Shown here: positions 1-8,051 of the stretch, in pieces
How positions within the stretch are numbered: position 1 is the stretch's first letter
Layout of the letters: each line of letters begins with the position of its first letter
Source: a virus
Taxonomy: Duplodnaviria > Caudoviricetes
DNA length: 62,960 nt
Virus record (IMG/VR): IMGVR_UViG_3300036861_000645
Coordinates: 1-62,960 of that record
Strand: one strand, 5' to 3'
Program-made: the position numbers and the translations under genes
The notes under the pieces: model-generated
What the model was told of the DNA's origin: nothing
The model's database searches: none
What the model saw: the letters and a program-made list of their open reading frames with translations, nothing else

Positions 1-119
1 TTCCATTTTGTCGGCAGATGCGTGGCGTGAAGCGTACCGCGCGAGCAGAGATCCAGCGGCCCGTCAGTCTTGTCGATGTGGCCGGGGTTGACGGGATCGC
101 CTTTGCCGCCATTGCAAGG
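1..119. repeat. Terminal direct repeat, copy 1 (circular assembly overlap)
   Basis: 1-119 identical to 62839-62957; next base differs (T120 vs C62958). Confidence 0.95.
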
Positions 120-500
120 TCGCCCGGCTTCATCCGAGCGCCAGAAGGCAATCATAGCGCCTTGATCGCGAAGCTCGCCCAGTCGCATGCGTTGCGACTC
201 TGACCAGCGATCCGCGAAACAATCGATAGTGGCAAGCCAATAGGCCTTGGACCCGTACCCGTCCCCGTACCCGGACCCGTACCCGTACCCGGACCCGTAC
301 CCGTACCCGTCTCCGTACCCGTACCCGTACCCGTACCCGGACCCGTACCCGTCCCCGGACCCGCACCCGTACCCGGACCCGGACCCGGACCCGTACCCGT
401 ACCCGTCCCCGTACCCGTACCCGTACCCGTACCCGTCCCCGTACCCGTACCCGTACCCGTCCCCGTCCGGCATTTTGCCTCTTAGGATGGTCATTTCCAT
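1..500 (-). CDS. Gly-Tyr repeat protein, 5' part; runs through the circular junction to 62739 (199 aa total)
   Basis: ATG at 500 overlaps the upstream gene end; reads [21 protein letters not shown]...[13 protein letters not shown]...[11 protein letters not shown]; missed by the ORF track because it crosses the contig end. Confidence 0.85.
   Translation of the reverse strand, partial: MEMTILRGKMPDGDGYGYGYGDGYGYGYGYGDGYGYGSGSGSGYGCGSGDGYGSGYGYGYGYGDGYGYGSGYGYGSGYGDGYGSKAYWLATIDCFADRWSESQRMRLGELRDQGAMIAFWRSDEAGRPCNGGKGDPVNPGHIDKTDGPLDLCSRGTLHATHLPTKW
250..468. repeat. 6-bp microsatellite (CCCGTA/CCCGGA/CCCGTC) encoding (G-Y/D/S)n on the minus strand
   Basis: Direct inspection. Confidence 0.95.
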
Positions 501-781
501 GGTGCAAGTCCCCAAGCTTTCACTGCTGCGTCCGAGCACTCCGCTACACAAGTGATGTCGCGCAACTCGATGTCAGCGGCCGGCCCGACGCGAGCACCGC
601 TGAGAGGCCCCATGGAGGCGAGGCCGAGAAAGCCTTTGTTTTCTGCTGGCCAGTAGAGGCAGTTGCGCGCGGCGCGGAGTTTGATCGTCGCGCCATCGGT
701 TTCCTCAGCATAGCCGAAGAACACACCGCGGTGCTGCGTCGTCACGAGGACTGCGCGCTCTTTGCCATTTGGTTTTGCCAT
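491..781 (-). CDS. DUF6948-like small phage protein
   Basis: VLVTTQHRGVFFGY...LRAARNCLYW...GFLGLA motif pattern; sits upstream of the Gly-Tyr repeat gene. Confidence 0.65.
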   Translation of the reverse strand: MAKPNGKERAVLVTTQHRGVFFGYAEETDGATIKLRAARNCLYWPAENKGFLGLASMGPLSGARVGPAADIELRDITCVAECSDAAVKAWGLAPWK

Positions 782-798
782 TGTAGGTTCCTGATTTG

Positions 799-849
799 GT
801 GGTTGACTTCCATCCCAAACTAAGCACTATGGTGTCACATGTCAACCAC
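799..849. promoter_or_regulatory. Overlapping divergent promoters with inverted repeat (candidate operator)
   Basis: GTGGTTGAC 799-807 / GTCAACCAC 841-849; minus-strand TTGACA-N17-TAGTTT; plus-strand TTGACT at 803. Confidence 0.55.
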
Positions 850-870
850 AAATGCGGAGTAAAATTATTC

Positions 871-1017
871 ATGGTCAGAAAACAGATTGCGCTCCGCGAG
901 GACGAGGATATCCTCAAGAAGCTCGCGCGGCAGGCCAAGGCCAAAGGGATCAGCGTATCGGATATCATCCGCATTGCCATCCGTTTTTACCTAGAGCACG
1001 AGAAGGCGAACGCATGA
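871..1017 (+). CDS. Ribbon-helix-helix (CopG/Arc-like) regulator
   Basis: KQIALREDEDILKKLARQAKAKGISVSDIIRIAI. Confidence 0.75.
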   Translation: MVRKQIALREDEDILKKLARQAKAKGISVSDIIRIAIRFYLEHEKANA

Positions 1018-1208
1018 AGCGCCAAGACAAACACCGCGTTCCGTTAGACCGCGTGCTCTCACTCCGGGCGGCTGGCCTGAGCTTCCCCGAGATCTCGATC
1101 GCGCTCGGCCCGATCGGCGGGGCGCTGTTCCATGCGAATACACTCATGCGCGCGGTGAGCCTTTATCGGCGGGCGCAGAGAGAGAATGAGAACCATGGCC
1201 TGTCATGA
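1014..1208 (+). CDS. Small HTH-like protein
   Basis: ATGA coupling; LRAAGLSFPEISIALG. Confidence 0.55.
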   Translation: MKRQDKHRVPLDRVLSLRAAGLSFPEISIALGPIGGALFHANTLMRAVSLYRRAQRENENHGLS

Positions 1209-1794
1209 CATCGGTTACGAGATGCTGCTCACCGGCATGGTGCTTGGCGCGGCAGTGTCCATCCTGACATTCTTCGTTTGGCACTGGACGCATTGAGTAG
1301 CGACGATGCCCGATCACGAAGTAGTCCTGTGGATGGGCCGCCCCATCGAAGACCTCTCGAAAGAGGAGCTAATCGAGGTGGTGAAGCACTTGGCACGCGA
1401 TCTTGACGAAACGCGCAAGAGAGCAATTCGCGCTATACGAGACCTCACTCCCTCCTCTCCATAAGCAGTCCTATCGCAAGGGCAAGAGAACTGTAGCCCG
1501 CGACCCACACCGGCGGCTGCGGCAGCGGGACGTGAATTCCAAGCGCCGACGCGAAAAAAATCAGTCCGAAGATCACCCAAATCCCGATCGTTGCGATGCG
1601 CATCCCTCAAACTCCTGGCAGAATGAGCGCGCGCGTCGTGAGCGCGAGCACGGCGCAGAGGATCACGCCGTACAGTAGCAGCGCTGCGAAGGCGCGGGAC
1701 TGGCGGCGGCGATAAACACGAGACGCTTTCATCGGGTGGCTCCTTGTCTGAGGTCGATGAGGCAGTCTCGCGCAAAGAGGTTGAGGTGAGATTA

Positions 1795-2349
1795 ATGTGG
1801 CCGTTCGGATCGCTGAAGACGCTCGCATATGATCTCATCATTGCTGATCCGCCGTGGGATTTTGTCAACTATTCTGCTGCTGGCACGAAAAAAGGCGCCG
1901 ATCCGCATTACGACGTGATGGATCTTTCCGCAATCAAATCTCTGCCGGTCAGCCATCTCGCGCGCGGCGACTGTCTCCTGCTTCTATGGGCGACAGGATG
2001 TATGCTGCCGCAGGCTCTTGAGACGATGAAAGCTTGGAACTTCACGTTCAAATCCGAAATCATCTGGCACAAGACGACGATCAACGGCAAGACCCGCATG
2101 GGCACGGGCTATCGTGTGCGGACGATGCACGAGCCGATTCTCGTCGGGACCATCGGCAATCCCCGACATCGTCCGTTCCCGTCCTATTTTCAGGGACTGG
2201 CGCGCGAACACTCCAGAAAGCCTGATGCGTTCTATGATATCGTTGAAACCTGCGCGCCGAAGCTCACGCGCGCTGAGTTGTTCGCGCGACAAGAACGGCC
2301 AGGGTTCGACGCATGGGGCAATGAAGTCAGCAAATTCGCTGCAGAATAA
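1795..2349 (+). CDS. MT-A70 family N6-adenine methyltransferase
   Basis: YDLIIADPPW, LLLWAT, HSRKP, ELFAR, WGNE motifs. Confidence 0.9.
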   Translation: MWPFGSLKTLAYDLIIADPPWDFVNYSAAGTKKGADPHYDVMDLSAIKSLPVSHLARGDCLLLLWATGCMLPQALETMKAWNFTFKSEIIWHKTTINGKTRMGTGYRVRTMHEPILVGTIGNPRHRPFPSYFQGLAREHSRKPDAFYDIVETCAPKLTRAELFARQERPGFDAWGNEVSKFAAE

Positions 2350-2610
2350 TTCTCCCCAGGTTTTCTTTCCGAGATTGTGTTTCTCGCTTGTGCGACTACC
2401 GCGAATCAGCCAACCTGGGCGAGATCTCGGACGGCCGCGCAGCCTTCGAGGTTATGGCCTTCCTCGCCATTCGCAGCCGGTGGAGCGAAGCGGCCCTTCC
2501 CAGGGTTTCGCTCGCCGGCTGCAGCGAGGGTCAACCTGGGAACGGATCGATGCAAATCACGCCACAAAGCCCTCTCATGCCCAGGCATCACGCCAGGGCA
2601 TAACCCTTTT
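2350..2610 (+). ncRNA. Candidate structured RNA or leader
   Basis: Nested stems CCTCGC/GCGAGG, GCAGCCGG/CCGGCTGC, GAGCGAAG/TTTCGCTC; hairpin ATGCCC/GGGCAT. Confidence 0.4.
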
Positions 2611-2623
2611 GCTTGAGGATCAT

Positions 2624-2947
2624 ATGCAACCTTTTGGAGACATCCTCGCCGCGATGAACGGCGATTTGTATGAGGAAGCTGGGGCAAAGCTTCAGGATCT
2701 CGTGACCGCCGTTATGGAAAGTCGCAAGGCCGGCACATTCCAGCTCACGCTGAAAATCAAGCCGAACGGCGAGCGGATGGTGGAAATCATTCCTGATCTC
2801 AAAGTCAAGGCACCTGAAGCGAGCCCACCCAACACGATGTTTTTTGCGTCCTCAGGCGGCACTCTGCTGCGTGATGATCCCGCTCAACCCCGCTTGCCGC
2901 TTCGCGAAGTCGAGCAGCGCAAGCAAGATCTGAAAGAGATGGTCTAA
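2624..2947 (+). CDS. YfdP-like protein (usual partner of DUF2303)
   Basis: GAGG RBS; LQDLVTAV...KAGTFQLTLKIKP...FFAS..GTLLRDDPAQ. Confidence 0.7.
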   Translation: MQPFGDILAAMNGDLYEEAGAKLQDLVTAVMESRKAGTFQLTLKIKPNGERMVEIIPDLKVKAPEASPPNTMFFASSGGTLLRDDPAQPRLPLREVEQRKQDLKEMV

Positions 2948-2948
2948 C

Positions 2949-3761
2949 ATGGCCGACCGCACCGAAGCCCAGGACATCGCCGAACTTGCGGCGTCAAAAC
3001 TCGTTGAGGTCATTCTCGATGCCAATGGCGAGAAGGATTACGTCATCAGCCAGAACGGTGAGGGGATCGTCTCCATCACCGACCTGGACGAAATGAAGGC
3101 AAAGGGCCCGCGCCGTTTGTCAGGTGCAGTCATCGTCCGGGATACAGCCTCGTTCATTGCTTACGCCACGCGGTTTCAGACGCCGGGCACGACCGTCTTT
3201 GACAGCGTGAGCAAGGGCGAACTGCTGGCCAAGCTCGACTATCATCAGCCCACGCAGGCCTCGTTCTGCGCACATTCCGTCACGCTGAAGCTGGCGCTTG
3301 ATTCCGAGTTCGCGCAATGGCATCGCCTGACAGGCAAGCCGATGGACCAAGGGACGTTTGCGAAGTTCCTCGAAGAGCATGCGGAAGCCATCGTCGAGCC
3401 CATGGGCGCTGAGGTCTTCGAGATCGTGAAGAGACTACGGGCTACGATGAAAGTCGAATGGCAGGGCGACGCTCGCACCAATGCCGGCATGGCGCTGCAA
3501 TATAAGGAAACCGTTGAGGCCAAGGCGGGCGACCGTGGCGATCTCGCTGTGCCTGAGGAGTTCAATCTCGGCCTGCCCGTCTATCACGGTGGCGCGCCCT
3601 ACAAGATCCGCTGTCTCCTGCGTTATCGAATCGAAGAGGGCAAGCTGCGCATCGGCTTCGACATCTACCGGCTCGAGGCCCTAATGGAGATAGCCTGGGG
3701 CGATATCGTCTCGGTCGTCGAAACGGGGCTTTCGGGCGTTCCCGTCATCCATATCCCCTGA
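2949..3761 (+). CDS. DUF2303 / YfdQ family protein
   Basis: SFIAY, LDYH, MDQGTFAKFLEE, PVYHGG, LRYRI motifs. Confidence 0.85.
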   Translation: MADRTEAQDIAELAASKLVEVILDANGEKDYVISQNGEGIVSITDLDEMKAKGPRRLSGAVIVRDTASFIAYATRFQTPGTTVFDSVSKGELLAKLDYHQPTQASFCAHSVTLKLALDSEFAQWHRLTGKPMDQGTFAKFLEEHAEAIVEPMGAEVFEIVKRLRATMKVEWQGDARTNAGMALQYKETVEAKAGDRGDLAVPEEFNLGLPVYHGGAPYKIRCLLRYRIEEGKLRIGFDIYRLEALMEIAWGDIVSVVETGLSGVPVIHIP

Positions 3762-3768
3762 GGCTGGA

Positions 3769-3996
3769 ATGACGCGCCCCGTCAGCCTCTCCGTAGACTT
3801 CGACGCGGCGATCCTCATCGCCCAGCAGCAGACCGAGCGCCTGCGCGTCGAGCTCAAGATGCAGGAAAATCTCATAATCCTGCTCGAGCACCTGAAGTCG
3901 TGTCACGAGCTGTTTTTCCGGCCGATCGGTGCGCCCGGCAACCTCCGCCTCGTGCCGCGGGCGCTCCATGAGATCGCAGAGGGGAAACCGGACTAA
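3769..3996 (+). CDS. Hypothetical protein
   Basis: Packed in operon. Confidence 0.55.
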   Translation: MTRPVSLSVDFDAAILIAQQQTERLRVELKMQENLIILLEHLKSCHELFFRPIGAPGNLRLVPRALHEIAEGKPD

Positions 3997-3997
3997 C

Positions 3998-4201
3998 ATG
4001 GGCGACATCAGAGACCTCCCTTTCAACGTCGAGCCCGTCCCCAACGAGCCCCGCATAGAGTTCATGTACGACGTACTGGAGGGGCATCCGCCGGCGCGCC
4101 AGAAGCGCATCATTCTACGCGCCGCCGACCCCCAGGTCGCCTTCCTCACGCCCGAACAGGCCACACGGCTGATCTCCTCCCTTGGCATTGCGGGGGAGTG
4201 A
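3998..4201 (+). CDS. Hypothetical protein
   Basis: Packed in operon. Confidence 0.5.
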   Translation: MGDIRDLPFNVEPVPNEPRIEFMYDVLEGHPPARQKRIILRAADPQVAFLTPEQATRLISSLGIAGE

Positions 4202-4893
4202 TGAGCGACAAATCCGACAGCCTGTGGTGGCCTCGGTATGTCGGTGATTATGCTCGCAAAACTGCCCATCTGAGCCTGATGGAGCACGGGGCTTACGCCC
4301 TGCTCCTGGACCATTATTACGCGACCGGAAAACCGCTGGATGCAAATGCATCCGTTTTGCATCGGATTTGCAGAGCGTTTGCATCCGATGAGCAGGCCGC
4401 TGTGGATGGCGTAATCAGGCAGTTCTTCGTGTTAGAGGCCGATGGCTATCATAACAAAAAGGCTGATGAACAGCTTGGTAAGAGGCTGATAATCAAGAAA
4501 AAAAGGTCTTTGGCGGCGCAGGCAAAGTGGGCTGCACATGCAGATGCACATGCAGATGCAAATGGATATGCAAATGCACCTACATCCACATCCACATCCA
4601 CAGTAAAGAAAAAGGGACCTTCTTTTTCTAACGAAAAAGAAGCGCGCCAAGCGCCTTTGCCAGATCCGAAGGCCGTTTTCTACAGCCTCGCGAGCGAGAG
4701 ACTCGGCAAGAGCTACGGGGCGATTGCCACTCAGCTGCTGAAGGCCACCGGGGGGCGCTACGAAGTCGCGATAGGCATTCTGGAGGATTCCCAGGCTCAC
4801 GACCCCAAGGCTGCCAGGGAATACGTTTGCGGGGCGATCAAGCGGCAGAGCGACCCCAACGGCTACCATGTCCAGCGGGACCCGATGCTATGA
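4198..4893 (+). CDS. DUF1376/YdaU-like replication initiator
   Basis: YVGDYARKTAHLSLMEHGAYALLLDHYY N-terminus; upstream of primase-helicase. Confidence 0.85.
   Translation: MMSDKSDSLWWPRYVGDYARKTAHLSLMEHGAYALLLDHYYATGKPLDANASVLHRICRAFASDEQAAVDGVIRQFFVLEADGYHNKKADEQLGKRLIIKKKRSLAAQAKWAAHADAHADANGYANAPTSTSTSTVKKKGPSFSNEKEARQAPLPDPKAVFYSLASERLGKSYGAIATQLLKATGGRYEVAIGILEDSQAHDPKAAREYVCGAIKRQSDPNGYHVQRDPML
4533..4642. promoter_or_regulatory. Candidate replication origin (iterons plus A-rich tract) inside initiator gene
   Basis: TGCA(C/G/A)A repeats 4533-4578, ACATCC x3, then A-rich tract; related TGCA cluster at 4339-4388. Confidence 0.5.
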
Positions 4894-5180
4894 GAAGCGC
4901 AGCCGAGATTCTGGCCGAGCTGGGCATCCGCGCTCGTCACGCCGGGGCGTCACAGCAGAAAACCACCTGCCCGCAGTGTTCGCACCTGCGAAAAAAGAAA
5001 CGGGATCCCTGCCTGTCCCTGGAGATCGGGCAGTCAGGTATTCGTTACCATTGTCACAATTGCGGTTGGACCGGAGGGGTTTTCTATGACGGGTCTCAGT
5101 CAGCGCCACATCAATTGGCTGGAGCACGAGCGCGCCATCAGTGCCGAAACGGCAAGCCGCTATGGGCTTTATTCAGCTAG
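4890..5180 (+). CDS. Primase zinc-binding domain (stand-alone)
   Basis: CPQCS...CLS...YHCHNCGWTG. Confidence 0.75.
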   Translation: MRSAAEILAELGIRARHAGASQQKTTCPQCSHLRKKKRDPCLSLEIGQSGIRYHCHNCGWTGGVFYDGSQSAPHQLAGARARHQCRNGKPLWALFS

Positions 5181-6540
5181 CAAGGGCGCAGGCGGAGAAA
5201 TCGTGCCCGACGCGGCCGGAAACGTTTTGGCGATGCCGTTCTTCGAGGACGGCACGGTTGTTGCCGAAAAATATCGCGGGCCCGGCAAGGAATTTTGGCA
5301 GCGCAAAGGCGGGGCGCAAACGTTTTGGAACAATGACGCTTTGCGCGATCCCAGTTTCGAGACCTTCCGGCCCTTGATTATTTGCGAGGGCGAGCTCGAC
5401 GCCTTATCCGCCATCGAATCCGGCTTTCCCCTCGCCGTATCGGTGCCTAGCGGGGCGCCCTCGGCGGAAAGCGATGACGGGGACATCAAGCCGACCGGGA
5501 AATTCTCGTTCATGTGGCGCAACCGACATGCGCTTGCCCGAATTCCGCGGTTTGTCTTGGCCGTCGATGGCGATGAGCCGGGCCGGCGCCTTCAGAGTGA
5601 GCTGGTTCGCTTTTTGATGGCCTCGCGCTGCAGCTTTATCGAATATCCCGAAGGCTGCAAAGACCTCAATGAGGTCCTGGTCAAATTCGGGCCTCAGCAT
5701 GTGGCGATGGTGCTGAATACCGCCAAACCGTTCCCGGTCCATGGCTTGTATCGGTTGAGCGATTATCCGGCCGCCCCCGATCTGAAAACCTACACGACGG
5801 GCTGGGTCGGAATGGATGGGCACCTCCAGCCGGCCCTCGGTCAGTTCTGGGTCGTTTCCGGAATTCCGAACCATGGCAAAAGCCTGTGGACGCTCAATCT
5901 CGCCCACAATCTGGCTGGCATGCACAATTGGCCGGTCGCGATCTTCAGCCCGGAGATGCGCACCGTCCCGGTCTTACGCAACCGCCTCCGCCGCATGCGC
6001 GGGAAATTCGGAACAGCCGAGGCTTGCGACGCCTGGATCGAAGAGCGGTTCGTGTTCATGGACGGCGACCCGGACCGCAACGGGGATGCCGAGGAAGCCT
6101 TCAGCATGGCTTGGATCCTCAAAACGGCAACGGAAGCCGTATGGCGCTATGGGATCAAGGTCTTGGTGCTGGACCCCTGGAATGAAATCGAGCATACGAA
6201 AGAGATCGGGGAGACGACGACAGAGTATGTCGGCCGGTCTATCCGGCAACTCAAAGCATTCGCGTACAAGCATCAGGTTCTTGTCATTGTCGTCGCTCAT
6301 CCGACCAAGGATGTTGTTGGCAAGGACGGAAAAGCAAGAACGCCGACGCTTTACGATATTGAAAGCTCGGCCAACTGGTTTAATAAATGTGATGTGGGCA
6401 TAATTATCGAGCGCCCCGATTTTGAGCGGACGGAGTGCAACGTCTCGGTCCAGAAGGTCCGTTTCGAAGAGTGCGGCCGGCGGGGCTCGGTTCGCATGAA
6501 TTTCTGCCGCGACGAAGGTATTTATCGGATACTTGGCTAG
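5086..6540 (+). CDS. TOPRIM primase / DnaB-Twinkle-like helicase
   Basis: ICEGELDA, VSVPSGA, DGDEPG, KDLNE; Walker A GIPNHGKS; LVLDP; VAHP. Confidence 0.9.
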   Translation: MTGLSQRHINWLEHERAISAETASRYGLYSASKGAGGEIVPDAAGNVLAMPFFEDGTVVAEKYRGPGKEFWQRKGGAQTFWNNDALRDPSFETFRPLIICEGELDALSAIESGFPLAVSVPSGAPSAESDDGDIKPTGKFSFMWRNRHALARIPRFVLAVDGDEPGRRLQSELVRFLMASRCSFIEYPEGCKDLNEVLVKFGPQHVAMVLNTAKPFPVHGLYRLSDYPAAPDLKTYTTGWVGMDGHLQPALGQFWVVSGIPNHGKSLWTLNLAHNLAGMHNWPVAIFSPEMRTVPVLRNRLRRMRGKFGTAEACDAWIEERFVFMDGDPDRNGDAEEAFSMAWILKTATEAVWRYGIKVLVLDPWNEIEHTKEIGETTTEYVGRSIRQLKAFAYKHQVLVIVVAHPTKDVVGKDGKARTPTLYDIESSANWFNKCDVGIIIERPDFERTECNVSVQKVRFEECGRRGSVRMNFCRDEGIYRILG

Positions 6541-6554
6541 CGAAAGGGCGCATC

Positions 6555-6761
6555 ATGACCATTCGATTCCGGCTCATTTCGGACAAGGCGGACGAACAAT
6601 TTCCTGAGAATCAGGCGATCGAGGAATTCCGGAAGAGGGGATTTCTCTTTATGGGCAAGATCATGGACGAGGATTTCAAAGGTCTGCCCTATTTCACAGG
6701 ATTGAGTTGGCCATCGATTGTTGAGGGCGGCATCATTTGCTATTTTGAGGTAGCGGATTGA
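6555..6761 (+). CDS. Hypothetical protein
   Basis: RBS and ORF. Confidence 0.5.
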   Translation: MTIRFRLISDKADEQFPENQAIEEFRKRGFLFMGKIMDEDFKGLPYFTGLSWPSIVEGGIICYFEVAD

Positions 6762-7012
6762 AACCTCCCCTCCTCCGCAGCCAGATCACCACCCTCCTCA
6801 GCGAGGGCATAGACCCTGACGCGATCGCCATCCAGACTGGCGCCGACATCAGCTACGTCATGCGCCTGAAGCGGCACGACGGCATCCCCGAGCCCCACGC
6901 GAAGCGCCAGAAGCCCGCTTCCACCCCCTCGCCCCGCCAGCAGCGCTGCGCCGCCCTCAAAGCCGAGATCGAAACCCTCATTCTTCGCATCCTTGGCCCA
7001 TCGGAGGCTTGA
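6758..7012 (+). CDS. Hypothetical protein, possible HTH
   Basis: EGIDPDAIAIQTGADISYV. Confidence 0.5.
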   Translation: MKPPLLRSQITTLLSEGIDPDAIAIQTGADISYVMRLKRHDGIPEPHAKRQKPASTPSPRQQRCAALKAEIETLILRILGPSEA

Positions 7013-7036
7013 AAGCCCCATGATTTTGTGCCCATG

Positions 7037-7120
7037 CTTGGGGGTCGGAGGCACTGGTTCGAATCCAGTACCCTCTTCGTTCGCGAAGAAGTCGGTTAGC
7101 TTAGCGGTTAGAGCGCTGAC
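7037..7120 (+). ncRNA. Circularly permuted tRNA-like RNA (YrlA-like topology; possible Pro-UGG loop)
   Basis: Order: GTCGG - AGGC - T arm ACTGG TTCGAAT CCAGT - acceptor-like stem closed by TCTTCG TTCG CGAAGA - TA - D arm GCTT AGCGGTTA GAGC - G - CTGAC (pairs with GTCGG). Confidence 0.75.
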
Positions 7121-7144
7121 AACGAATTTTAGGAACCCAGATCC

Positions 7145-7345
7145 ATGGCTGACATCTCCGACGCCAGCAAAGCCGCAATGGCCTCAGCCCCCCAGGACGC
7201 CTGGTATCTCATCCCCGATCCCAGCAAGCTCCAGGACTTCATCGCCGCCGGCATTGCCATGGGCCGCCCCGATCTCAAGATCTGCCCCGCCCATATGAGC
7301 CGCAAGCTCGAGGGCCCTATCGTTGCTGACCCGGGAACTGCATGA
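7145..7345 (+). CDS. Hypothetical protein
   Basis: AGGA RBS; first gene after the tRNA-like element. Confidence 0.55.
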   Translation: MADISDASKAAMASAPQDAWYLIPDPSKLQDFIAAGIAMGRPDLKICPAHMSRKLEGPIVADPGTA

Positions 7346-7566
7346 GTAAGTTCGACCAATTCCCGCGCCTTCCCTCGCAAATCCAGCGGATCGCCATGCG
7401 CGCTGAGGCTAGGGCCATTGAGCGGCCTGCCGTCACTCCTGCGTTACGTAACGAAGCGGCAATCGTAACGCCGCGTGATGAAACCCCCAAGAGGGGCGGC
7501 CGTCCGAAAGTCTTCGCCTCGCCCGCCGAGCGCCAGAAGGCCTACCGGGCACGGAAACGGGGATGA
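7342..7566 (+). CDS. Small basic protein
   Basis: GGRPKVFASPAERQKAYRARK; coupled to terS. Confidence 0.6.
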   Translation: MSKFDQFPRLPSQIQRIAMRAEARAIERPAVTPALRNEAAIVTPRDETPKRGGRPKVFASPAERQKAYRARKRG

Positions 7567-8051
7567 CTACCAAGCGCAAAGCGCCTGAAGACCTGCTACC
7601 GGAAGGCCGGCCTTCTGCCTATCAAGAGCCCTATGCCGAGCAAGCTTTCAAGCTCTGCCTCCTTGGTGCAACAGACACCGAGATTGCCGATTTCTTCGAA
7701 GTAGCAACATCCACAATTTATTTGTGGAAAAAGAAACACCCGGAATTTTCGGAGGCCTTGGCCAAAGGGAAGGTCAAAGCCGACGCTGAGGTGGCTCATA
7801 GCCTCTACAATCGGGCCAACGGATACAGCCATGAGGCGGTGAAGATCTTCATGCCGGCCGGCGCCCAAAAGCCTGTTTACGCGGCCTATGTCGAGCACTA
7901 TCCGCCAGACACCAATGCCGCCACGCTGTGGCTCAAAAACCGCCAGAAGGACAAATGGCGGGATAGCCAGGAGATCACCGGCGATCTGACCATCAGCACG
8001 CTGGCTGAACGCATCGCCGCAGCAAGGCAACGCGATGGCGAAGACCGCTAA
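7563..8051 (+). CDS. terS: Terminase small subunit
   Basis: GRPSAY, LLGATDTEIADFFEV, WKKKHPEF, WLKNRQ; directly upstream of terL. Confidence 0.9.
   Translation: MTTKRKAPEDLLPEGRPSAYQEPYAEQAFKLCLLGATDTEIADFFEVATSTIYLWKKKHPEFSEALAKGKVKADAEVAHSLYNRANGYSHEAVKIFMPAGAQKPVYAAYVEHYPPDTNAATLWLKNRQKDKWRDSQEITGDLTISTLAERIAAARQRDGEDR

Noticed and set aside
130-555. ORF-track proteins RVRVRV (130-507) and PYPYPS (247-555); CRISPR-like appearance
   Set aside because: Alternate frames of the 6-bp microsatellite; the Gly-Tyr frame is translationally coupled at both ends; no spacers
5070-5090. Programmed -1 frameshift (GGGGTTTT) fusing Zn finger to primase
   Set aside because: Downstream ORF is in the +1 frame, the heptamer is out of phase, and there is an independent RBS
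7037-7080. attP core (3' half of a host tRNA-Pro) or two-piece tmRNA
   Set aside because: No integrase; a matching D arm and anticodon-stem strand follow; no CCA, G3-U70 or tag ORF. Not fully excluded
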